The position numbers were made by a program, and so were the translations under genes. DNA of 61,461 bases, counting the filler, from Sphacelaria rigidula (lineage: Eukaryota): assembly GCA_964200075.2 (NCBI GenBank). It is 11 parts of 11 records of this genome, joined end to end, with 100 filler letters (N's around TTAATTAATTAA, not from the genome) between each part and the next. Parts side by side here need not be neighbours in the genome. Positions count along the whole stretch, not along the records: positions 33,582 to 39,077 come from CAXNAA020026851.1; positions 39,178 to 44,673 come from CAXNAA020026852.1; positions 44,774 to 50,269 come from CAXNAA020026853.1; 8 more parts are not named here. One strand, written 5' to 3'. Below the pieces are notes generated by a model. The model saw nothing but the letters and a program-made list of their open reading frames with translations. It was not told the DNA's origin and did no database searches. Shown here in pieces: positions 35,558 to 46,609 of the stretch; position 1 is the first letter of the stretch, and every line of letters begins with the position of its first letter.

Positions 35558-37021
35558 GTGATGGCCCATGATGCGCCCCCTCTCTCCGGTGTACCTCACA
35601 ACCCCAATTCTTCGACACCTACCGTCGCCAACCCGACATCGCCTCGCACTTTCTTCGGTGGCGGGAGCGGCAGCAACACAGGGACCTCCGCGAAATCTCC
35701 GCTCCGCCGCGGAGCGGAAACGCCGCGCAAAGGCAAATACCAGGTCAAAGACTCGTTTAACCGACTGCGCGGATGGATTAACGGAGGGTTCGCAACAGGC
35801 GGCAACAGGCGGAATAACGGTAGCAATTCCCCCACGCCCAAGACGCCATCAAAAAGAACGCCCACAGCCAATCCCAAGGGGAAGGTTTTCGCCGAGCGCG
35901 TGATCGCCGACGGTGACAAAGCGAACTCTGCGCTGACCAGCGCAGGGTCGAGAACGCGAGCAACCGCTGCCGATGGCGCTAGCGCCGACGCCAAAACAAG
36001 CAGTAGCAGTAGTAACAGGCGGAACAGTGTCGGTAAGTCTACCAGACTTCGTGGGGTTCCGCATAACGCCGCCGACAGGGCGGCCAACCGCGAAGCTTTG
36101 AAGGCCGGGGGGGCCGCGGCGGCTGCAGCGCGGAAAGCTGGCACTGGTGCTCCTGCGGCGACAGCTGCTGCGGCCGGCGGCGGTGGCGGAAGCCGCCCAA
36201 AGATGGCGGCACGTTCGAATAAGACTGGTTCGAGCGGCTACAATCCTCCCGTTCGCTTGAATCCAGGCGGTGGCGGCGGTGGCTCAGGGGGATGCAACGG
36301 GAGCGGCGGTGTGACTCCCCGTGCCACTCGCGACACAAGCCCGTCGTCTTCGTTTGCAACGCTGACCCCCACCCATACCGCCTTGATCACGCCGCCGCCG
36401 TCCGGCCCTTCGATTACCGGCACTCCATCACAAGAGCGTCAGGACGGTTGGATGTCCTCCGCAGGATCGCGTTCGGTACAACCTTCTCCCGGTAAGCAAC
36501 AACTCCACGCTGAACCGGGTCCAGCGGGGAAAGCGGTGGCGTCCGAAGGCGGTGGCGGCTCGACCGTGCCTTCGCGCACGAAGACCACGAAAGTGGCCAA
36601 GTCGCTGGGTGCGACGGTGCCGGCGCTGTCGCCGTCGAGCCGTCTCGCCAAGGGTGGCGGGCGCCCGAGGGGGAGTGTTGAGACCAGTAATGGCCGTGCC
36701 GTCGGTACCGGGACCGGAAAAAGGAGGTCGGTGCGTGGCAGCGGCGGCGGTGGCAGCACCGTTGCGGGAAGTAGCAACCCGCAGAAGCAGCAGCAGCAGC
36801 AGCGTATAGTTTCGCCATCTGCCGCCCCCATGAAATCTCCAAAGAGGTTGATGAGTAAAGGCAAGAGGGTGGTTGAGCCTTCACCCGTTCCATCGTATTC
36901 GCCGCGACGATTGTCTTCTTCCAGTTCACCGAGGGCATCATCATCCACGTATTCGCCAAGGGTGTCAGTCAAACTAGCCGGCGGCACGACTGGATCGCTG
37001 GTCTCTCCCAAGAAACGGTAG
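35558..37021 (+). CDS. Large low-complexity intrinsically disordered protein, exon (487-codon ORF)
   Basis: gacag acceptor, phase 0; many SP/TP motifs and basic patches; ends at TAG or at donor CG|GTAGGG (37017). Confidence 0.85.
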   Translation: MMAHDAPPLSGVPHNPNSSTPTVANPTSPRTFFGGGSGSNTGTSAKSPLRRGAETPRKGKYQVKDSFNRLRGWINGGFATGGNRRNNGSNSPTPKTPSKRTPTANPKGKVFAERVIADGDKANSALTSAGSRTRATAADGASADAKTSSSSSNRRNSVGKSTRLRGVPHNAADRAANREALKAGGAAAAAARKAGTGAPAATAAAAGGGGGSRPKMAARSNKTGSSGYNPPVRLNPGGGGGGSGGCNGSGGVTPRATRDTSPSSSFATLTPTHTALITPPPSGPSITGTPSQERQDGWMSSAGSRSVQPSPGKQQLHAEPGPAGKAVASEGGGGSTVPSRTKTTKVAKSLGATVPALSPSSRLAKGGGRPRGSVETSNGRAVGTGTGKRRSVRGSGGGGSTVAGSSNPQKQQQQQRIVSPSAAPMKSPKRLMSKGKRVVEPSPVPSYSPRRLSSSSSPRASSSTYSPRVSVKLAGGTTGSLVSPKKR

Positions 37022-39077
37022 GGCGCCGTACGGGTTGCTGTCGCTGTCGCTGTCGCTGCTGCTTATCAGGATCGAATGCGGGGGGAGGCGGGGGCCGGGG
37101 GGGGGCGGGGGGGATCGAGCATCCTGATTAAGGCGGGAGGGACGACAGGATGCCATCACGAGACTAGTCGGGAGAGAGCGAAAGGGTGATGTTTCTGCGT
37201 CTAAACTCGCCGTGTACGCCTGGGGTAGCAGTTGCAGTATGATGAGTGAATATTAGGTTACGTTTGTGCTTGGTAAATATCCTGCGTAGATGTGTGCCAT
37301 GGCAGGTAGAGCCCGGGGCCTGCTAGGTTTCGTTTTCGCTGAGTTTATGCATTTTTACAGTACAGTTCAGGCAGTGTATGTCCATTCCCACCCTCGCTTG
37401 GTCTATTGTTGTACTTGGTGTCGTTCTTCAGTTAATCTCGTTCGTTACGTCGTATCATGTCGTGATATTGCTCCTGTGGCTTTAGTTATCGTCGGGAAGG
37501 TTCGCGAGTTTGTGTTATTCCCCGCGCAAACCTGCGTGTATGCGGAGGGGCACTGCGAGTTGTCAAGTGCACCAGGATAGGACGGATGCCCCCCCAACAG
37601 AGTGGATCCTCCTCGTGCCTTATGGGAGGGCGACAAAAGGGAACCCCCCCCTCCCCCCCCCTCCCCGATTCAACAACCCTTTTCCCATGAAGTTGTCAGT
37701 CTGAGTTCACGTATGTGAGCCGCTGCAAATGGTTTTTAGGGTGCTCATGATAGCGTACCGCACCGCTAGGGTACCTGGGGTATGAATTGAAGGAACTCCG
37801 ATATTAGTGGAGAGTACTTGATATACTTCGCCGCATGCATCCGTACCCCACCTGTCACAGGATATGGGGTAGGCACAGCACGAGATAAGTTAGGGGAAGC
37901 AGCAGGGTTCAAATACAGTCTCGTGGAGGAGGAGGAGGAGGGGTGATGAAGTCGAGGTCAACCCGTGAGCACCTCAAGAACAGTTTTGACTTGTCTTTCT
38001 TTCCGCTACTGCGCCCCCAGTGCAGGTCCCTATCTTTTCTCAGATTATGGGTTGAAGGACCGTTGAGGATACCTTTGAAATGCCCTTGACGCCCCCCCCT
38101 TCCCCCCCAACGCCCTTGACCGCCCCACTTATGAAGAATACTGTAGCTGGGTATTTAGTTGTAGGATTCTGTAGGGTTTGCCGCGGCGTGCAGGCCGCAA
38201 TTAGGAACGAAGCCGCCCATTTCCCTGTTGTGGTCCTGCTTCTCCCTCCAAAAATCGGCCATCGATGATGGTTTCTCTCATTTTGCGAATCATCGATTTA
38301 CTTTTTATTTCTCGTTGATCTGTGGTCCATTACTTTGAAGATCTGAGCGAGGAAAATGGGGGCAGTTTCGGGGGTTTCTTTTGGTTTTTACCATCTGGAA
38401 TTCTATTCCGAATTCGACTTGCGTTAGGGCTGTACGGCACAAAACATGGGGCTCTACTGTTGTAATGAAGCGGTACGTTTTTGGAAGCAAGCGCTTACGC
38501 GCAGCATGCACACCCCAAACGACGAAGTTTGTGATATCATGGCTGTATTTTGCCGGGGGTTCGATGGTGGGGTTGAATTGGATGTACGTTGTAGGACTGC
38601 AAAGACATGATCGCGTTTTTGTTTTTTTCTTGTCACGTGGTGTTCTGTCTTGTTCCATGATGAAATAATTCAGTGAGAAGAGCTGTTTTTGACGAAGCGT
38701 TTTTTTTTTTTCTTCGCTATTTCGCACTCGGTTGGGAAATAGAATGCTTGACTTTCCATGCTTTTCCCTTGTCGGTGGAAAGTTGCCCCTTTTTTTTTTC
38801 TTCTTTTAACAAAGTGAGGGTCAAGGAAATGCTTCGTCAACACTGGGCCTCCAAATGTTTGTTTGCTTTTATTTCCACGTCCATCTGTTTTTTTCGCCCA
38901 CGTCGTAGCCAGAGGGAGGGTTGAGCGTGTGCAGCTGGCGGTCGTTATGCTTGGTCGATTTTGTTCGTGAGCGAGTAAATATTAATTGCACACTTGAGAT
39001 AAATGATATTATTGACAGCGAGTTGTGTTCAACTGGAGTGCGATAGTCGTCTCGCGTTTTCCTTGAATTCCCCCCCC

Positions 39078-39177
39078 NNNNNNNNNNNNNNNNNNNNNNN
39101 NNNNNNNNNNNNNNNNNNNNNTTAATTAATTAANNNNNNNNNNNNNNNNNNNNNNNNNNNNNNNNNNNNNNNNNNNN
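39078..39177. other. Artificial contig linker
   Basis: Same 100-bp spacer. Confidence 0.99.
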
Positions 39178-39782
39178 AGATGCCCTTAATCTGGACATTC
39201 CGTCTCAATTTTTTTAGGGTTGTCCGATACAATTTCGTGTAGTGGACCGCTAGTGCATAATAAAATAAAATAAAACGGCTTGCTACGTTTTCTCATTTTT
39301 TTTCATTTTTTTTCGTGTTTTTAGTTGAGTTTTGAGGAAAAATGAACGTTGCTTTTAGGCCTTATCGCACTGTTGTAGCTCAATTTCTAGAATTGTGATT
39401 TGAAATTAGCATGGGAAACCACAAAAGTGTGCCGAAGAAAAACAAAAATGGGCCTTCGTTTTTTTTCATTCATAGAGGTTCGGACGTTCTCATGAAAAAT
39501 TTGTCCTGACCATAGTAGAACTAGAACGCCCTGAACCAGTAAAAAAAAATGAAAAAAATCAACCCAACCTTTTTGTTTGTTTGTTAATTATGCCTTGGAG
39601 ATCGCCCACACCAAATTTCAATACACGAAAACCAAACGTGGGCCGGTGAGTGGTCTGCGAAATACTGTTCCGAATTTCTACCGACCTGGTTTTTGATAGG
39701 CCCATGCTCTTTTATAGATTTAGAGTTGGGCCCTGAATTTGATATGGACAGTGCATAGGGCATAAGAAAAAAAAAATACTGA

Positions 39783-39879
39783 AGTACCATTTTTTTTTTT
39801 CATGAGTTAAGGGCAATAATCGGTTTTCAGGTATCACCAAAATGCCCTTAACTCATGAAAAAAAAAAACTTTTGGTACT
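39783..39879. repeat. Inverted repeat, probably part of a DNA-transposon remnant
   Basis: agtacca-T-run-catgagttaagggca / tgcccttaactcatg-A-run-tggtact. Confidence 0.75.
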
Positions 39880-42458
39880 TTAGTTTTTGCCCCATCCACT
39901 GTCCATACCTAACCCCATATGTCTGACTTTGCAACAGAGTACACGTTAACCTTGTCACTGTGCTCCTCGGCGTCTGCTCCGTCGTAACGTAGTGCGGATA
40001 CCAAGGTGTGGTACGCATAAGAGTTGGGGTAGGGTGACTTTTGCGGACGTGCGCATTGATCGACGGCACTAAAAGCTGTGGAACGCACTTACACGCTGTG
40101 TACGATTTCTGAAGGATTGTTATTACGTCGTATGGAGGGCCAAGCATATAATAATGAAGATCGTGGGCACCGCAAGGAGAATGCATACTTGCTCGACAAT
40201 AAAGGGCTGCTACGGCACTCGTATCATTCCAAGATTGTTGGCACAAAGAACGGGCAAATGTCACGAACAGAGGTCGACCCCTCGCAGGTCGCAGCCGATT
40301 TTTCGGAGTAGTCGACGTTCCTGAGGCTACCCGCCAATGCAGCGAGTCAGCCACTGCTGTGAGGAGAATGAGCACATTGCAAGGTTTGCAGTGATCGTTG
40401 AAATCGGTCAAATTACAGCACAAGAACAGTCTCTGCTGTTTAGTGTGAGGAGCGGTGCCATCGACAGTTCGTGTCAAGTGGTACGATCGGTGTGTCAGAG
40501 GGGGGAAACCAGGTGAAGTGTGATAGTCTGGACTATGTCAGCGGTTAGAATGTCAACGGTTTAATTTGAAAAGTTGAAGTTGTAAAATATGGCATACCTG
40601 GTAGCTGTATTTCACCGACCTGCGGGTGAACGGCTCTTGTTCAGCGTGTCCGGTGTTCCACACACGACTTTCATTATGTCCACGTTCAAAGCCCTGACGT
40701 GGAAAGTTGAGCACGTTGAGCGGACCCGACCATTTTATAAGAAAACGTCCGGAAGTATCTCGGGATGCATGTGTTAAGGGGGGGAGGCGGAAAAACTTGA
40801 ACCAGTTGTTTCTGGTTCTCTCAAATTTCCCCGGAGTGTACATAGAACGTTCTTGCATAAGCTGCTGCGCACCCTCCTGCACCCGCTCCATACATGTCAC
40901 TCCATATCCTGCCCAGCTCGTTAGAGTGCAAAATAATCTTCCGCCGCAATCTTGCTCCATTATTGTACTTGTTTTCTGACGTGGCGGGCTTTGTAACGAC
41001 CCACCATATTCTGATGGACATTGGTGTCTATCGTGTCTGAAGCGCAGCAGCAGCACCTATTCGAGAACCAGTAGCATATCCTTCTCTGATGTGTTGTATT
41101 TGCATCCATCTGTTGCAAAGGTGAATTAGAATTTTTGCACCACTGTTATGCCCTTCGGCGAGGAGCAGCCGCACAAGCTCCGACACTGGTGCAGCTCAGC
41201 GGTGCTGTCGATAATGGCAGTGACGTCGCTGCGAGCGGCACCCCCGCCCGATGCGTAATAAGTGCAGATATTCATAAAACCAACTGCCCCTTTCTAGACA
41301 CCTGCCGGTTAACCCTAATACTGGGGGAGGGACAATAATTGTTCCCTTGATCCGCCAGGGTGATGTCGTCCGTTGGATGGACAGCTGACCTCGAGACGCG
41401 ACTTCGAACATTGATTCCTCACATTGATAATCAAGAGACACAGAAACCGATAACGTCTCGAGGTGACTTTAGCACGGATGTATGTCGGTTGCCGGAATTC
41501 CTCGGCTGTATCTCTTCTGCAGCTTCATTTTGAAACTTTTTCGAAGAAATATATATGGCTGAGCACAAGACAAGCGAGGCCATGCAGCACAGATCCCTTG
41601 GCACACTACACACATATCTTTTTGGCCTTTTGAGCTCGGACAATAAGTCGATACGTGAATCTCACTGGCAACTTGAAGCAGATACTGTAGTGGTGTAATG
41701 GTGTTATTCAGCACATGGATCACACCTGGGCAATGTGCTGTCGTTCATGTTGTTTTATGAGAGAGAAGACTGTAGTATTTTCTCCATGGCGACGATGCGT
41801 TTAATACCATGTTGGGCGAATGGTACGCAACCCTGCTCGAAGAGCCGCTGGCAATACACACGGAGTGCTCCGGACCCTGACTGTGGAGTGATAAGGGTGG
41901 GTTTCATGCCGCCGCCGTAATGACGTGGTGTTGGGAAAATGTGGTGTGCACACCAGTAGCTCTTACCTTGATCTGAATGTCGTCATGTTTGGAAGCTATC
42001 ATCTCGAAATAGACGTGAAGTCAATCCCACACAGGTGCTGAGCTGTTATTGAGCTTTCACAGGGGAGGCGAACCGTTTCTCCGCAGTTCGGGTGATTGAC
42101 ACCGACCGGCCCGCACTGGATCTATTTTTCATACACTCAGCCCTTCAATCATCGGGGAACACCACCCGAGGCATGTACTTTTCACAAGTGAAAGTGATGC
42201 CGATTCCACCGATGGCCTCCCGTGGCGGCCAAATGGCTGGCTTGGTTCAATTACCATTGCAGCGGCGGGCACCGTGTTCTCTCGTTTCATTCGCTCAAAA
42301 CGCCTCATTTAACCGCCGAGTTCCTGTCTACTTGCGCTTTCCAGGCTATCGCCTCTTTTCCCCCACCCCTGTCAGTACCATCACAGCTCCACCAACAATC
42401 AGCAACACCGCTTTCCATACAAACCGACAGAGATCTCTACTTTGCATCGGGTACAACA

Positions 42459-42561
42459 ATGCGGGCAGTAATCAAGTTGCTTGTTCTCCTCGCGGTGGTG
42501 GCTGCACCAACGGCCTTCGCTGGGAGTGTCAGGGCCGTCGACCACTACGAGAAATCGGGCT
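42459..42561 (+). CDS. Probable first exon of a secreted protein (signal peptide)
   Basis: acaacaATG context; MRAVIKLLVLLAVVAAPTAFAGSVRAVDHYEKSG; GTAAGT donor. Downstream exons unresolved. Confidence 0.6.
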
Positions 42562-43686
42562 GTAAGTGATTGTTGTTCGGGAGATTTTCCCCTTTTGCTA
42601 AATGTGCAATCCTTTCAAATCATAGGGCCGAACTGTGATAGCTACTATCACAAGTGGTCTGCTGTACGATATATTCTACACCTTGTGCACATACATGATG
42701 GCAATAGCTCTTACTTGACAGTTCTCTGCCGACACTCAATCATTCCGCGACGAGGCCATCAGCAATCTTCGCCTCAAGGGCATTGGTGTGAATAACCCAA
42801 GGAAGAAGATCTCCACGCGTGAAATGCGGATTTGTATGAGATTCTCGAAGTCAAAGATGTAAGATCAATGATGAGCCTAGATGAAGAAACCGAGGTCAAA
42901 GGGTGTGAAATAGTCTCATCGACAAGCGGCATGCCTCTCTGATAAGGGTAGTGAACAAAGATAGTCGGGTCACGACGTGAAAATCATATAATCGACATGG
43001 CTGCAGACCTACACGGATCACCCACTCAGCGCTCTCCTGTGAGCACTTTTGGCCCTTCACAACCTCAGGACAGCACAGTAGTACTGGTTTGTTCACGCGC
43101 AAAGGAAACAGCACACCTTCGTACAACATGAACAAAATCTACGGGGTGCAAGACTTGGGGTACGAGTCCGGACGTTGCAGCAGAGATGCAATGACAAGCA
43201 CCAAGAGAAAGTCCACGGTATATGGCTCTCTTGTTGATATCGCGTTAAAGCACGCCAACGCTGCCTCGTCATCATACGACCTGCTGTTCCGTGGAAGTGC
43301 CGTCCGTTGTGCAGTTCGTGCTCGAATTTCAATTTTTGCCGTCCATGTCATCTACTTGCCTTGTCCTATTTCGCGTGTTTGACGCACGGAAGTCTCCGTG
43401 CCAAGGCTAAGTGATGAGAAGTGTGTGCACGGCCGCCGTTTCCCATACTGCAGGCCAAATACGAGAGTCACAGCTTTGGCAGAAGCGTTGATAAAGGCAG
43501 AGTCACTTTTGGGTAGTGATCTCAAAGACCCTCATTCGCTTCATCGTCGCATATTTGGGATCATCGGGAGTGTTCGGTGAGCTGCCGAATGACTCGCCGA
43601 TAGTAATCTGCATTCCTGTATGTCGAGTGATTCTTTGCTTTGGGCACGTTCAAAACGGTACCAGAATCTCTATTTTTTCGTGGTAG

Positions 43687-43909
43687 TGTAATGCGTAAGA
43701 GGACCGCGTGCTTAGAGGACCGCGCCGTAGTTCAAAATACCTCAGTATCGACGTTTTTTTAGACCAATCGGGTCAGTCCCTGCAGGTACCACGCCCCTGA
43801 CCCTAACCCTAACACTAACCCTAACCCTAACCCTAACCCTAACCCTAACCATGGGGATGTTCCAATTCAGATGCGGTCCTCTAAGCATGCGGTCTTCTCA
43901 CGCATTACA
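43687..43909. mobile_element. TGT...ACA TIR element (MITE) with internal telomeric repeats and 5-bp TSD
   Basis: 37-bp TIRs (34/37); GGTAG on both flanks; 8 CCCTAA-type units at 43801-43848. Confidence 0.9.
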
Positions 43910-44457
43910 GGTAGCATCATGAACGCCAAATGAATCGATCATGCACGATGTCACCGTGTGAGCAATCACATATATATTGAAAAAAACACGGTTGGCGTAA
44001 CACCTTGCTGGAGTCGAACCGCGGGCCCGATAAGGGTCGACAGTCATGGGCATGCACGGAGGACCCACGTGAGTCATAGTAAGACGTCCACAACCCCCGT
44101 CGACCGACTAGAGATAATGTCCCATCAATGGCTTTAATGCTCGGCTTACCTCCCACAGACAGGAGTAACTCAAAGTCAACTGACAGATCGCGTGAAGCGC
44201 GATCAGTGCGGAGCGTTCGGAAATCGGCACTCGGCAACAGTTGAGGACCCGGGCTGAAATAAGAGGGAAAACTATCATCATGGACATGTCCTGATTCACT
44301 GTGTTGAATCACAAACAAACTCACGCCCTCTTTCATATTATCCTCTCTAGCTGTCCCCGCGATGTGGTGTGTTATTCAGACATGTGCGAAGACGATTTGG
44401 TTTCCGCTGAGGCTGCTCAAGGCACCTCACTGTCACTGCGTTCGTCTATACAGATAA

Positions 44458-44669
44458 TGTAATGCGGTGAGAGGACCGTGTGCTTAGGGGACCGCATCGG
44501 AATTCGAACACCTTCACGGTTAGGGTTAGGGTTAGGGTTAGTATTGGGGTTAGGGTCAGGGGCGTGGTACCTGCAGGGACTGACCCGATTGGTTTTGAAA
44601 AACGTCGACCCCGAGGTGTTTTGAACTACGGCGCGGTCCTCTAAGCACGCGGTCCCCTCACCCACTACA
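44458..44669. mobile_element. Second, inverted copy of the telomeric-repeat MITE
   Basis: Reverse complement of 43687-43909, with 6 TTAGGG-type units. Confidence 0.9.
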
Positions 44670-44673
44670 CAGA

Positions 44674-44773
44674 NNNNNNNNNNNNNNNNNNNNNNNNNNN
44701 NNNNNNNNNNNNNNNNNTTAATTAATTAANNNNNNNNNNNNNNNNNNNNNNNNNNNNNNNNNNNNNNNNNNNN
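44674..44773. other. Artificial contig linker
   Basis: Same 100-bp spacer. Confidence 0.99.
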
Positions 44774-45470
44774 ACAGCCATATTGGCGAGCGTTTGGCGT
44801 CTTGGCCGGCCCAGCTCGTATCGAGTTGCCACGATTTTTTCGGGCCATGTTCTTTACATGAGAGATTCTTCCTTGGGCATGGTCTTCTCGGTACAGTATA
44901 TCGAGGTGTAGGTGGTGGTAAACGTGCAAACTTCGAATCCCCGTCTATTATACGGCATGTATTTTAGGGTTGTTCATCAAGCTGTCCAGTATGCCAAGCA
45001 CTGCTTGTGGAACGACGCAGGGTGCGGGACTGTACTGTTGTCCAATAGGCGCTCGATGATGCCGACTGTAAAATGTCGCTGTGCAGCCTCTCGCACCGGA
45101 AAGCGAGGTCCATGGATAATATGTGTGCATTCTTCTGCGGGCACTGATCTTACTACAGTTGGTGCGAACAAAACACATGAGTCTGTGCACCCTACCCGAG
45201 GCCTTACCCACAAGCGCGCCAGCATGCCCATCTCAAGCAGAACTACTGCCGTACAAACCAGTGTGAGATAATCAATCGATCAAACCGCCGAGTCGTGTCC
45301 ATCGTGTGCAAAACTTGGAGACGTAGACTGCTCTGTACCACCCGCACCAAAGCCTGAACGTAAGCAGCGCAATGCAACGCAACGATGATCACGGCAATGT
45401 AAGATACGCATTGCTGCTTGCGAGAAATACCAATTCCTATCTCCCACTCCTTCCATGATGACCGGCCCAC

Positions 45471-45659
45471 CTGCTTCCTGTTTCCAAACCACAGGTCCAC
45501 CCTAAGCTTTTTGCCCGTCTTCTGCATGTCCAACTTCAGGTGCTTAAAGTTTTGCGACAGCTCGCCGCGGGGGCCCTTGACTGTCACCACGCGGGATTTT
45601 ACGTCCAGCTCGACATCATCGATGATGTCGACGTAGCGCGTGGCTAACAGCGTCTTCAT
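45471..45659 (-). CDS. RPL9: 60S ribosomal protein L9 (uL6), first coding exon
   Basis: MKTLLATRYVDIIDDVELDVKSRVVTVKGPRGELSQNFKHLKLDMQKTGKKLRVDLWFGNRKQ contains the uL6 motifs VTVKGPRG and WFG; CAG|GTGGGC donor. Confidence 0.96.
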
Positions 45660-46405
45660 GGTTACAAGATGGGAGGTGGCTGCCCCGCCGAGGTGGTGGT
45701 ATGGTGGTGCTCAGTAAGGGCCTTAGCACCACTAACCACGAAAATGTAAATAGTTTGGTTATCTTCCAATTATATGCTCCAATTCTATTGTTATATTTTA
45801 ATCCGCAGCACACCTGCTCATTATACGTTCTTATACCCCATATATACCATTCCTAAGTTTCCCCCCATGAAACTTCATTTTAGCTCAATTTATTATTTTC
45901 TTCAGACATATACACGTACTCAACATCAGAGGATTTACGCTTACATGCGTGGTTCGTGAAAATAAGAATATATGCTGAACTATATCTTAATTCCGCGCCG
46001 CGGGTCTGTGTATCAGGGTGCGTACAACTCGAGAGAGTCAGTCACAGCGAAGGCTTGTTGCGCCTACTTTGAAAAGATTTATAATAGAAGCTTTAGGTAC
46101 GTGAGAGTTTTCTTTTTCCTTCTGGTGAGAGATACTGGAAAGCTGTTGGATTTCCCTCTGGTTAGAGATACTGGAAAGTTGTTGGATAGCAACTTCCAGG
46201 CCTGAGAAATAATAATGTCAAGTGTGATATAACAAAACATGAATCGTACCCTCAACGAGAACGAGGCGGGAGCCGATAGCACGTGCTGCCCGCCACCGAC
46301 AACTTCAACACTACAAAACGCTTGAAAATAAGAAAACCTATTTAGTAGGATAATCTAAAATCATTGTAGCGCCAACTTCCGACTGAGCAACTGTAACGCT
46401 CAGAC
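45660..46405. promoter_or_regulatory. Probable bidirectional promoter / 5' UTRs between RPL9 and the RD-rich gene
   Basis: 746 bp, AT-rich, between divergent ATGs; 31-bp direct repeat at 46121-46151 and 46157-46187. Confidence 0.6.
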
Positions 46406-46609
46406 ATGCCGCGTGACAGCGATAGGGATAGAGGGAAGGACTACGGCCGCGGGAGCCGGAGAGGGGACGATGATGTAGGGGGAGGGCGTGCAAGAGACAG
46501 GGACAGATACAGAAGTGATGATCGAGATAGGGACGCTAGGGATAGTCGGAAAAGAAGGCATGACAGCAGGAGTAATAGCCGGGAGAGACCCAGCGGTGGC
46601 CGAAAGCAG
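46406..46609 (+). CDS. Arg/Asp/Ser-rich splicing-factor N-terminus, exon 1 (probable SART1/Snu66)
   Basis: MPRDSDRDRGKDYGRGSRRGDDD...RDRDRYRSDDRDRDARDSRKRRHDSRSNSRERPSGGRKQ; CAG|GTGCAG donor. Confidence 0.8.

Noticed and set aside
35596..37011. Long antisense ORFs (182-190 aa)
   Set aside because: Shadows of the GC-rich plus-strand exon.
40553..41056. 167-aa ORF with KWSGPLNV, resembling an integrase GPY/F motif
   Set aside because: No integrase core, RT or LTR nearby; probably chance.
43795..43850. True chromosome end
   Set aside because: Short tract embedded within TIRs, with unique sequence on both sides.
44774..45470. Intronic C/D snoRNA in RPL9
   Set aside because: A TGATGA occurs on the gene strand near 44975, but no downstream CTGA D box lies within the contig.
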